DNA of 32,000 nucleotides from Telmatocola sphagniphila. Its GTDB lineage: Bacteria; Planctomycetota; Planctomycetia; Gemmatales; Gemmataceae. The notes beneath the pieces are model-generated. The model saw only the letters and a list, made by a program, of their open reading frames with translations, did no database searches and was not told where the DNA came from. Where the stretch lies: positions 5,340,001 through 5,372,000 of the forward strand of contig NZ_CP074694.1 of NCBI RefSeq assembly GCF_018398935.1. Direction: 5' to 3'. Of the stretch, positions 5,960-15,300 are shown in pieces. Every line of letters starts with the position of its first letter. The first letter of the stretch is position 1. A program made the translations under genes and the position numbers.

Positions 5960-8317
5960 TCAACGACGAATATCCGATCGACCAGTATCGAACTCGGTCC
6001 GGCTGCCAGGTCGAACGCTGGTCATCTCTTCCACGCTAATGGCACGTGAATGGGATAGACTCTTCAATTCGGCCTTGAAGCGGGCTTCGCCGGGCGTAAC
6101 GGCCTCCGCTTCGACACGGAATACAATCTCGTCTCCGGGTTTCAGGGTGTCCCAAACAGGGAATGCCACCTTCTGTCCGCTGATATCGCCTCGATCATTC
6201 TCCCGGAAGCCATACGCGGCCACCGGTTTCATATTCGCGGCCACTTCGCCCCGGAGCTGTAGCTTGGTCGCTGCCAAAGTACCGGTATTGCGAATGCGGA
6301 TGATGTAGGTCGTGCGATTTCCCACCTTAACCGGATCGACCGAGTCTGAAACTTCCATGTGCAGCGCCGGTACACCGAGGACTTCCAAAGCCACTGGACA
6401 TGATGCCTCGGCCCGTAGCGCTTTCGATAATGAAGCAGTTCGGAAAACTCCCTCCCGTTTCACAAGCGGGTCCGCTGAAACCGTGGCGGAAAGTACGGCG
6501 CGAGAGGTCACGGATGTACAAATCCCTGTAACCCGAACATCGAGCGATTGTCTCTTGGGGGCTGTGCCGAGTGTCCACTCTATGGCGCCATTAGCGGCTT
6601 TGCCGTCTTTATCGGAATTCTGAAATTTGACCTCGGGAGGCAGCACGGCCCGCAGCGTTACATTCGTCAATTCCACTTCGGAAGGATTTTCCACATGGAT
6701 CACCCATTCCACCGGCTGGTTCACGAATGCCATCGCCGGACCCTTGACGGACACCGAAAGCTGAGGATTGCCGATTGTAACGGTTATCGGTTCCGATGGC
6801 GTAAACTGGCTACCCGCACTGTTCGCACTGGCCCGCACGCTATAGCTACCCGGCTTCTCGGCTTTCAAGGAAATCGGAATGATCTTCGATTCCCCCGCCG
6901 GCAGACTTTCAATCAGTTGCTTGAGGGAATTCGGCCCGTTCTCCGCCGTCAGTCCCGGCGGCACCAGAACGTCGTACTCGACTGCTTCGGCGGCTCCGTT
7001 CCCGGCGTTCTTGACGGTCAACTCGAACGGCAACGCCTCGTCCAATACGCCCGTCTCCGGACCTTTGAGAGAAATCTGTAAGGAAGGCTTACAAATGAGC
7101 ACATCGGTGAAGGCATCGATCGTTTGATTGTCGGCACTCCGCACGTTGAAGGCCGGTCTGATCAATCCGAGCTGGCTCCCCTTCAGTTTCAATTGCAGCG
7201 AGCTCTGCTTACCAGCTGGAACCGAAGGCAAAGACCAAAGTATTTCGTTGCCATCGCGGGTGGCCCGTTCGCTCGACGAAGTGACTTGCACGCCCGCCGG
7301 AAGATTCAAGCGGATAAAGACTCCCTGGCTGGCCGCTCGACCATTATTGGTGACAGACAGAGTCGTGGTAAATTCTTCGCCGATCGGCGCGGACTTTGGA
7401 GCATCGACCGAGGCCGAGAGATCTGGTGAATGCCAGTTCACCGTGGCTTCTCCCTTACCGAGCACAACGTTCGAGTTGTTCGTCGGGTCGGGCCGGGCAA
7501 TATCGATGGCGAGTCGATTGACGGTTGTGGTCGGGCTGACCTGGGTCAGGCGAATGACGGCGAGGCCGTTCGCATCGGTGATGGCGATCCCTTCGCCCGA
7601 CTCCGATTTATAGGCCGAGCCGACCCACTGACAGGAAGGACCTTCTATCACTCGATACCGGACCACGTAACCCTGCAAGGGCTGCTCGTCCTTCATGCGG
7701 ACGACGGTCGCCTTCAGTACCGCTTCGGTGCCAATGCGGGCGTTGATGGACACCGGCAATTTCCACTTCGCGTCGACCCAGATCACTTTCACGGAACGCC
7801 GTTTGCCGTCGCGGTCCATTTCCGGACTGTCCATGGTGATGTTGGTTTGCCCTTCGACGTTGGATCGGATCGCGATCCAGGTCTGGCCGGGCCGGACCAC
7901 AAAAGAGTGTCCATCCACGGTTTGGGTCGTTTCGCTGCTGACCGTGTTGGCGGTCAGATAGCGGATATTATTACGAGTCTGAGTGTTTCCCTGGGTTCCT
8001 TCGGCCGTATTGGTGATATCGCCGGTGCCTGACACGGCCCATTCCACTTTACAGCGTTTGACGGGAGTGTGCTTGTCGTCGTAAACCGTCGCCAGAAAGA
8101 TCTGCGTGGTACCGGTGGAGAAAAAACTGTCCTTGGGTCGAATTTCGATCCGGACCGGTTTGCCCCCGAAGTCGATGGTGCCTTTGATCGGCGTGGCCGA
8201 GTCTTTTTTCTTGGGATCGGCATTGAGATTTTGGGCGGTAGCAAACCCGGCCGGCGCGAGCGAGGTCAGTCCGGCAAGCAACAGAATTGCTCGAGAGTAG
8301 TGACTGACCCAGCCCAT
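5960..8317 (-). CDS. Secreted DUF11-repeat (CARDB-like) protein
   Basis: Signal peptide is MGWVSHYSRAILLLAGLTSLAPAGFATAQ. Four units of the DUF11 type recur in the C-terminal half: LSVTNNGRAASQGVFIRLNLPAGVQV, LTVKNAGNGAAEAVEYDVLVPPGLTA, IHVENPSEVELTNVTLRAVLPPEVKF, IIRIRNTGTLAATKLQLRGEVAANMKP. The N-terminal half is beta-rich and Ig-like. Confidence 0.8.
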   Translation of the reverse strand: MGWVSHYSRAILLLAGLTSLAPAGFATAQNLNADPKKKDSATPIKGTIDFGGKPVRIEIRPKDSFFSTGTTQIFLATVYDDKHTPVKRCKVEWAVSGTGDITNTAEGTQGNTQTRNNIRYLTANTVSSETTQTVDGHSFVVRPGQTWIAIRSNVEGQTNITMDSPEMDRDGKRRSVKVIWVDAKWKLPVSINARIGTEAVLKATVVRMKDEQPLQGYVVRYRVIEGPSCQWVGSAYKSESGEGIAITDANGLAVIRLTQVSPTTTVNRLAIDIARPDPTNNSNVVLGKGEATVNWHSPDLSASVDAPKSAPIGEEFTTTLSVTNNGRAASQGVFIRLNLPAGVQVTSSSERATRDGNEILWSLPSVPAGKQSSLQLKLKGSQLGLIRPAFNVRSADNQTIDAFTDVLICKPSLQISLKGPETGVLDEALPFELTVKNAGNGAAEAVEYDVLVPPGLTAENGPNSLKQLIESLPAGESKIIPISLKAEKPGSYSVRASANSAGSQFTPSEPITVTIGNPQLSVSVKGPAMAFVNQPVEWVIHVENPSEVELTNVTLRAVLPPEVKFQNSDKDGKAANGAIEWTLGTAPKRQSLDVRVTGICTSVTSRAVLSATVSADPLVKREGVFRTASLSKALRAEASCPVALEVLGVPALHMEVSDSVDPVKVGNRTTYIIRIRNTGTLAATKLQLRGEVAANMKPVAAYGFRENDRGDISGQKVAFPVWDTLKPGDEIVFRVEAEAVTPGEARFKAELKSLSHSRAISVEEMTSVRPGSRTEFDTGRSDIRR

Positions 8318-8470
8318 GCCCAGAATCCCTTCCCTGCCGGTGCGTCTTCCCTGACGCGGGGAGTGCTTATACGTCCGGAGGGAAATTCAAGCAAGAGGAA
8401 ATTTTGATCGAAAACTGCCCAGATAGGCCGGTTTACTGCGGCACGGCGAAAAATCAGGGGGCGTCTGAAA

Positions 8471-10327
8471 TCAGGACCTTATTTGTCCAATAGCGTGGGT
8501 AAACGGCGCGAATTTGGAAAGCCACTTGCGCCGGAGCCGATCGAGTAATTGATTGACGCGGGACCGTGGTAGTGGCTTGATCGCATCGACGATCAGTGAA
8601 GTATAGTTTAACTGGCCATGAGCATTGCGCGAATCTGTTCGGGCACTGCGGCGGATGGGCCCATCTTCCGCCGACCAAGCGGCCTGGTGAAAGTGTCTGT
8701 TTTCATCCCAGTATTCGAGCAGCTGAACTTCGAATCCCGCCGACTCCAGCAGCTTACCCAGACTCTCATACGTAAACAGGACTTTGTGATCGTCGCAACC
8801 GGGGCCGCTGCCGCCGGGCCGGACTCGTTCGATATAGCCGGGGTCGGGATGCCATCCGTCGGGAACGGCGATTCTTAATCGGCCGCCCGGTTTCAGAAAT
8901 TCGAAGCAAATATTCACCGCCGTGATGGCGTCGACGGGTGTCAAATGCTCCCAGACATGTTCGGCAAGAAATGCCGCCCGGCTGTTTGGCTTCCACTTGT
9001 TGGCGAAGTGTCCTCGATTCCGAAGATCCAATATGTCGCCATCGGTCGTTCGCCAACCGGGGAGGGAGGTGCCTCCCGCGCCGATCAATACTCGAGGGCT
9101 GTTCGACCAGTGGCGGTGTTCCCGCAACTGCTCCCGCTTTTGCATTCCGTATTGCTGAATCCGCTGAGTAAATCGTCTGAGCGAAGAAACCGGTCCAATA
9201 ATCAGCCGTCCCATTTTCCAAGTCCAGGAGTTTCGCATTCGCTGACATTCCGCCAAATCGAACTCCTGAACTTTCAAAGCGGCTTCCAGCTTGGCGATCA
9301 GTTTTTCGCGCTTTTGTATCTCGACCCAGGCGAAGGTCTCGCGTTCTCCCAGCAAAGTCTGCATCTGCTGGAGCTGTTCCGTCAGCGACAGGTTCGATTG
9401 AGAAACTGAACAGGACCGCAGAGCGTCGGCCATGCGAATCGCCTGCCTCAAAACCGAGAGCCAGCCTCGCGACAGGTCGTCTACCTGCGGCGTGTAACGC
9501 AATTCGCTACCGCGATAGGGGAAAGCATTCTCGGTCAGTTGCGGCTTGAAATCGAGCCCGTCCGGAAGGGCATATCTCTGCGAAGCTTCATGAGAATAAG
9601 CCATAAATGCGGCCGGATTGTCGAGTAGAAGTTGAAAGGGTTTGCGATAGATCCAACCGGGGGCCGTTTCCAGTTCGGAGGCTGCCCGCTTCTGCAGAAC
9701 GTGAGAAACGACCTTGGAGATATACTGGCCGGGGGAGCGGATCGGAAAATGGGCCATCTGAACGTCTGAGAAGACCGGTTCGAGGTTTTGCCCGTTTCTC
9801 TCTACGCCATGCTGACCGGGTAGCAGTTTCACCGTTTCATCGAGAACCAGCGAACGAGGCAGGAGGATCTTGGTCCAGGGCCAGCCTTCTTCGACCAGGC
9901 GATGTCGAACGCGCCGGACGGGATTTTGTTCTTGTGCGTCATCTCCGGATGTGCTTGCAAAGCTCTGCCAGCGGAGGGCCACCGGGCTTTCGGGGGTGGC
10001 TTGAGCGGGAATTAACTCTTGGGCATTCTCTGCCAGTAAAAATTCATCCGCATCCAGCGGCAGGAACCATTCAATTTCCGGATTAGCGATAGCCAGTTTG
10101 CGGAGGTGGTTTTGAAACAGCAGGCGGTTGCGGTATCCGACAGTCGGTTCATCCTGGACTTCGAGGGGGAGGCCTTCCTCGACGAGGGATTGCAGCACTT
10201 GCCGTGTGCCGTCTGTGCTGCCATTGTCGATAACCAGGAGTTTTGAAACTATCGAAAGGTTGTGACGCACAAACGCTTCGATAATGTCAATCTCATTGAG
10301 TACGACGCTAGCGGCGATCAATCGCAT
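8471..10327 (-). CDS. Fusion protein: glycosyltransferase family 2 (N-terminal), coiled-coil linker, SAM-dependent methyltransferase (C-terminal)
   Basis: The N-terminus MRLIAASVVLNEIDIIEAFVRHNL...VIDNGSTDGT...LPLDADEF is typical of GT2 (Glyco_tranf_2_4-like). The central segment LTEQLQQMQTLLGERETFAWVEIQKREKLIAKLEAALKVQEFDL looks like a coiled coil. The C-terminus VLIGAGGTSLPGW...AEHVWEHLTPVDAITAVNICFEFLKPGGRLRIAVPDG is typical of class I methyltransferases. Confidence 0.8.
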   Translation of the reverse strand: MRLIAASVVLNEIDIIEAFVRHNLSIVSKLLVIDNGSTDGTRQVLQSLVEEGLPLEVQDEPTVGYRNRLLFQNHLRKLAIANPEIEWFLPLDADEFLLAENAQELIPAQATPESPVALRWQSFASTSGDDAQEQNPVRRVRHRLVEEGWPWTKILLPRSLVLDETVKLLPGQHGVERNGQNLEPVFSDVQMAHFPIRSPGQYISKVVSHVLQKRAASELETAPGWIYRKPFQLLLDNPAAFMAYSHEASQRYALPDGLDFKPQLTENAFPYRGSELRYTPQVDDLSRGWLSVLRQAIRMADALRSCSVSQSNLSLTEQLQQMQTLLGERETFAWVEIQKREKLIAKLEAALKVQEFDLAECQRMRNSWTWKMGRLIIGPVSSLRRFTQRIQQYGMQKREQLREHRHWSNSPRVLIGAGGTSLPGWRTTDGDILDLRNRGHFANKWKPNSRAAFLAEHVWEHLTPVDAITAVNICFEFLKPGGRLRIAVPDGWHPDPGYIERVRPGGSGPGCDDHKVLFTYESLGKLLESAGFEVQLLEYWDENRHFHQAAWSAEDGPIRRSARTDSRNAHGQLNYTSLIVDAIKPLPRSRVNQLLDRLRRKWLSKFAPFTHAIGQIRS

Positions 10328-10532
10328 GAAAAACTCGCCTCAAATCAAAGGATACCTTCGCTTTCCCTTATCGAATGGAGGGCGTAAGCCGCTATGGTGT
10401 GAAACTTGGATGAAATGGGTATTTTCAGATTTGAGAACGGATTAACCGTTCCATTTTCTACATCAGGGTCGATTTGAAAGGGATTTAATCAACAGCGCAA
10501 GAGCAAGATCAAAATCTGCACTTTCGAGAATC

Positions 10533-10569
10533 AAAAAAATGTCCGGCGAAGGAGCGATCACCCGCCGGA
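10533..10569 (-). terminator. Rho-independent terminator of the YdjM-like gene
   Basis: TCCGGCG (10542-10548) pairs with CGCCGGA (10563-10569). On the minus strand the hairpin starts 14 nt after the stop and is followed by T7, the complement of the A-run at 10533-10539. Confidence 0.65.
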
Positions 10570-10582
10570 TTTCATTTTCGTC

Positions 10583-11578
10583 TCATTTTCTAAACGGGCT
10601 TTCCCCTTCCCGGAGGGAACGGATCGAACCGCCCCCGGAACTCGAGGAGTCGCCGTACTGGTCGTATCCCTTGATGCGTGGATCACCGCTGGGATCTTTT
10701 TGTCGGCTCGTGGGAGTGGCCGGAATGGTCGGTTTGTTGGTGGAATTGCTATTTGAGGTCGTCTGATTACTGTTCGAGGAGTTCGATTTGCTCGAATCAG
10801 TCGAAGTTGTTGAGGTAGAAGTATCGCCGGTGTTGATGTTATTGAGTTTGTTTTCTACGTTCTTTCCGAAATTGATGATGTTGGTCAGCTCCCCTTTCAG
10901 GGTGGTGTTGCCCAGATCGACATTACTCATCAGCCCCAGGCTGCCGAGGATCGAATAACAGGCGGTGGTGGCCCATTTGGAATTGCTCCAGAGTTTCAGG
11001 GCGGTGCCGACGCCGGGAGCTGAGGACAGAACGCCGCTCGCTTTCGATTTGCCACTACTTTTGACTGGGGCGGCGTTCATGCCGCGCACTTCATCGAGAA
11101 TCAGGTGCGACAGGAAGCCAATCATCATGGCAATCGCCAGGAAATAGCGATGGCTCTGTTCCGGCTTGCGAAAAGCGAGATAAACCACCAGCCCGGAAAT
11201 GATCATGGCGGGGATGGAATGGAACATTCCCCGATGGACACTTAGTTTCTTGACGAGCAGGATGAAGCCGTAGCGGACGCTCAGGAAGGCCCCGGCCAAA
11301 ATGAGAATCACTTTTTCGGGATCGTTATTCAAATCCAGATTTTGCCAGCGCCGGATGACCATTATCGAACCGAGAGCTACCGCGAGGCTGAAAATTTCGC
11401 GAATAGTGGAATTCGACTCATCTCCCAGCTTATCGAGATCGGGGAGCAATCCTCCCAAAGTGCAGATTACCGCGGCCAGAATGGCCAGCTGTTCCGCAAA
11501 GTGGAAGTGGTAATAGCCCAGGTAACCGTAAACCGCCCCCAGAGAACCCGAAAACAGAAGATGTCCTGTGTAACTCAT
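10583..11578 (-). CDS. Membrane-bound metal-dependent hydrolase, YdjM/DUF457 family, with a Ser/Thr/Asn-rich C-terminal tail
   Basis: Polytopic protein with the family landmarks GHLLFS near the N-terminus, GGLLPDLD, GMFHSIPA and LSHLILDE. The last ~95 aa are low-complexity (TSTSTTSTDSSKSNSSNSNQTTSNSNSTNKPT...). Confidence 0.75.
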   Translation of the reverse strand: MSYTGHLLFSGSLGAVYGYLGYYHFHFAEQLAILAAVICTLGGLLPDLDKLGDESNSTIREIFSLAVALGSIMVIRRWQNLDLNNDPEKVILILAGAFLSVRYGFILLVKKLSVHRGMFHSIPAMIISGLVVYLAFRKPEQSHRYFLAIAMMIGFLSHLILDEVRGMNAAPVKSSGKSKASGVLSSAPGVGTALKLWSNSKWATTACYSILGSLGLMSNVDLGNTTLKGELTNIINFGKNVENKLNNINTGDTSTSTTSTDSSKSNSSNSNQTTSNSNSTNKPTIPATPTSRQKDPSGDPRIKGYDQYGDSSSSGGGSIRSLREGESPFRK

Positions 11579-11967
11579 GGGAAATCCATTTCCAAACCAG
11601 ATATTTCAGGCCCTTTTAGGCCCGTATTGGCCCATTCCGTCGCAGCGGAAATGAGATTTAACCATAGTTGGGGCGGGGCGCACAGGCGAATTTCGAGGTC
11701 GGATGAACCATTTTCGGGCGCAAATTCAATTATTAAAATCGCATTTGCGGTAGAAAAATGAAGAAAATCCTATCTTTGGGTGCGGTTTGTATCAATTTTA
11801 ACGCCTTGTTAAAAGAAGCTGAGGTGAACGATTTGTTAAATTTTGACAACTGACATTCTGAACACCAGTTGCGCGCTATAATTTGGATGGCATCCTGTCA
11901 ATGGATATTTGGAGGGAAGGAATCCTCAGGGTTTTTTCCTATTGAATTCGATTGGAAGAGATGCGCC

Positions 11968-12252
11968 ATGACGAACGACGTGATTGCACGCCGATTGCAA
12001 CTGGAAGCCCGCGAAATGGATACTCGGCCGGAACAATTCTACAGCGCTCGCGCCTTGCGGCGGGCCGCGGAAACCATTCTTTCCTGCAAAGAATCGATTC
12101 AGGATCTTTGGGAAAGTCGCGGCGACGACTATCTGCAGCAGCTTCCCGGAATCGGCGAGCGGATTGCCGAGCGAATCGCCGGATATATCCGTTTCGAAAA
12201 AACTCTCGATCAACTGAAGCGTATGACAGCGGCAGTTCCGTCGAGGAATTAA
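11968..12252 (+). CDS. Small helix-hairpin-helix protein resembling the N-terminal domain of family-X DNA polymerases
   Basis: The ATG at 11968 is preceded by GGAAGAG. MTNDVIARRLQLEAREMD...FYSARALRRAAETILSCKESIQDL...LQQLPGIGERIAERIAGYIRF follows the PolX N-terminal pattern (N-x-x-IA, R-x-x-AY-RRAA, LPGIG-x-x-IA-x-KI). No polymerase or PHP domain follows. Confidence 0.6.
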   Translation: MTNDVIARRLQLEAREMDTRPEQFYSARALRRAAETILSCKESIQDLWESRGDDYLQQLPGIGERIAERIAGYIRFEKTLDQLKRMTAAVPSRN

Positions 12253-12305
12253 TCGGCTATAAACCGGTATCGGACTGTATTAATTAATTGTGTATATCCC
12301 GCAAC

Positions 12306-12338
12306 CCGGGGCCGTTTGATTCCCGCCTCGGTTTTTTT
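12306..12338 (+). terminator. Candidate rho-independent terminator of the HhH gene
   Basis: CCGGGGC (12306-12312) pairs with GCCTCGG (12325-12331) for 7 bp including one G-U pair, with a 12-nt loop, and is followed by T7 (12332-12338). Confidence 0.45.
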
Positions 12339-12347
12339 GCCCGCACC

Positions 12348-15300
12348 TCATTTCTTCTGATAAATCGCATCCGATGGATCATTAGTGACATACCACGGCT
12401 TGCCATTCTTGAGATACATTTTCTGCATCTCTTCACCGTTCAGCGGACGGGCCCCAACCCGACCAAAGACGCCGATCTGATTGCCGACTTCATCCACCGC
12501 CCGGTCGCGATCCAGACCTTTCGAAATATTCAAAGCGTGTCCGCCGTGCGGAATGCGGTAAGTAGCGATCAGCCGAGGGTAGGGCCGGGCGGCAAAGCCA
12601 TCATTTCCCGGGGTGTCCGGACTGGTTAATTGCAATACCCGCATACCGTTTTTGCCATCGGCAAGATAGGCAAACAGCGAATTATAGGTCACGCCCACTT
12701 TCACATCATGTAAATCATTAATGGCCCCGTTGGCCGTGTAAATCTGGTCAACCTTCGGCTCCTCGGCATTGGTAATATCGAGAATCACCAGCCCGCGGCT
12801 CCCGGCCGAGACATAAGCATAAGAGCGGCCCAGATAAATGTTCTGCACGTCGGGCAATCGAATCATCGACTTGGCCACCGGATGCGCCAGATCGGTCGCA
12901 TCCAATACCTTGATGCCTTCCTCGTCGCAGACGTAGGCATAACGGAACTGCACCTGCACGGCCTTCGGCTTCTTGATGGTTTTCTCATCAAGCACCGCCG
13001 TGACTTTCAAATTCTTGGGATCTTCCAGAGAAACGACCACCAGACCGGCATCGCAGCATATATAGGCGTAGTAGCCGACGATGGTAATGTTCACCGCGCC
13101 CTTCAGAATACCATCCGGATTGAAAGGTGTTTCCGCTTTCAGGAAGTTATTCGCGGGATTGCCATCAATGGTAGTGGCCGCCCCGACGAGGATTAAGCCA
13201 TCGTAAAGATCGGTGACATACAGATAGCCAAAGTAGGGATGGATCGGCCCTTCCTTATTCTCTGGCCGATGCGATCGCGTTGGATCCACGGCCACCGTCG
13301 TCGGTGCAGCCACGGCGGTAGCGTATTTGGTCTGCGCGTAGAACTTTTGACCGATGGGTGAAACCGGAGCAGTGGTAATCCTCTCCGAGAAGCCCTTATT
13401 GTCGATGAATGCAATATCGAAGACGCGTACCCCGGCACTGCCGCACGCGGCATAAAGGTATTCGCCGCGAGCCTGCACCTGCAGAATCTCCGGCTTCTTC
13501 CAGGGCCTGGTAATTTCCTGCGATATATCTTTCCCGGGATGCTCGTGAGCATGCTCCAGAAGGCCTTTGCGTTTGAGGTGTTCCTCAAAGTGCTCCGGGA
13601 AGGCCACTTGTTGCAAGGAACTTCCGATGACCGCTTGAGGTTCCTGCCGTTCCGTGACCACCACACCCATCAAGCCATCTTCCCCGGCGGCCACCCAGGC
13701 GTATTTGCCGATCAGGTTCATGATGTTGGTGCCCTGCATCAGCAGCTGGGCCATCCAGGCGTTGTTGTCGTTGGTAAGCGACAGATGGCAATCGGTACAC
13801 TGCTTAGTTTCGCGAACGCCCCGGCCGCGCACGGTATGTGGCACGTTGGTGGAAAAGGCAGTGCCCCCAAAGCCTTCGGTGGAGATCGTCTGCTGTAAGG
13901 TATAAATCGATTCGCGTAAGCCGTTGTAGCTGCTGACGTGAACGGCACAGCTGGAACGAGCGGGGTTGATGCGGTTCTTGGTGGCATCGCCATCCCGGGC
14001 CAGCATGAACACATCATCCCGCAAAGTCTGGAAATTATATTCGGACTGGTTGCGGGACACTTCCCCTTCCGCGTGCAACTGCGGCATCTTGACGTTAGCT
14101 TTCTGCGGCAGATGGCAGCCGAAACAGCTCGGATTCCAAGCACTATGACAGGCGATACAACTCATGTTCTTATTTTCATGAGCGCACTTTCCAGTACTCG
14201 GCATACTGCCCCAGACCATCTGCTCCCCTTCAAAGCGCACCGTCTTGGCCAGGGCCGACTTGGCGTTATACCGGCCATGCTTGGGATCGATGGTATCTTT
14301 GGTCTGCACGACTTCCCAACGCAGATTCGGTTCCACATTGGAGTTCTGGTAAATCCGTTTCGGACCATTCACCTTGTCGTCCGAAAGATATTCAATCTCA
14401 AAGCGCGGCTTGCCAAAAGGCGTTCGCAAACTCAACAGGTTGCGTCCCCCTTCAGGCGAGGAAGTATAGGAAGCCGGTCCGCTGGTGCGCAGGGTCGCAA
14501 AGTTCTGGGGCGTGCCGTGGCAATCGATGCATTGAATTTCGGAAGCGGCCCGCACTTCCATATGCAGCTTACCGTTGCCGTGCATATCCTGCGTGAAGTG
14601 GCAATCGACGCAGTGCATGCCCTTCTCGAGGTGAATATCCATCAGGTGCACCGGCTGTCCGGCCCGTTTCTGATTCAACTTGTCTTCGGCCGCCACCGCC
14701 TGAGTGGCATCGCGGAACTGATTCTGTTCGTGGAAGCTTTTCACCATGCAGGGAAAGTTAATGGCCTCACTCAGTTTGTGCGGCGTCGGCTGCTGAACCT
14801 GCACCCCCTGATAGTCGATCAAGTTGCCCTTGATATCCCGCTTGAAAACCGCCCGGAATACCCAGCCGTGACCGTGGAAATCGGCGAACTGCGCCTTATC
14901 CATCTGACCATTGAGCTGGGTGATATCGTTGAGGAACTCCGGATTCGACCAGTTCCCCTTGGCGGAGGCCGCATCGGGATTGTTCATCTGATAGCGAATC
15001 GCGTCTTCCGGAGTGAGCTTCTTCGACTTCTCCGGATACATCAGCCGGGCGTGGGTCTCTTCATCCCACCACATGTAACCGGGATAGGAATTCATCACCG
15101 TCGTTCCCGGGTGAATATGGCAGACCATGCACTGGCTGGTCGGGATCGCATTGGTAAAGCGATGCTCGATTGGATGGCCCGGTTCATTCTTGGGAATCGT
15201 CGGATCGAACGTCGCCGTGGTTCCCCGATTGCCGAAGCGGGCATAGGGTCCGGAATGAATGGGTGAACGGTCATTGGCGTAAATCACATGGCAGGCACTG

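Noticed and set aside
6039-8407. Numerous plus-strand ORFs (for example 6548..7081, 7128..7613, 7430..8032)
   Set aside because: They lie antisense within the DUF11-repeat gene, and the translations are Arg/Gly-rich with no motifs.
11758-11853. 31-codon sORF MKKILSLGAVCINFNALLKEAEVNDLLNFDN
   Set aside because: It has a signal-peptide-like beginning but is too short, lacks a convincing Shine-Dalgarno, and has no proper lipobox. It cannot be supported without conservation or ribosome-profiling data.
11843-11882. Consensus TTGACA (11843-11848) and TATAAT (11877-11882) upstream of the HhH gene as a sigma-70 promoter
   Set aside because: The two hexamers are 28 nt apart, far from the 16-18 nt spacing. 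They cannot function as a pair, although TATAAT alone may still be part of a promoter.
13938-15266. 442-aa ORF on the plus strand
   Set aside because: It lies antisense inside the cytochrome gene. It is Arg/Gly/His-rich shadow-frame translation typical of GC-rich coding DNA, and the opposite strand carries multiple CxxCH motifs.
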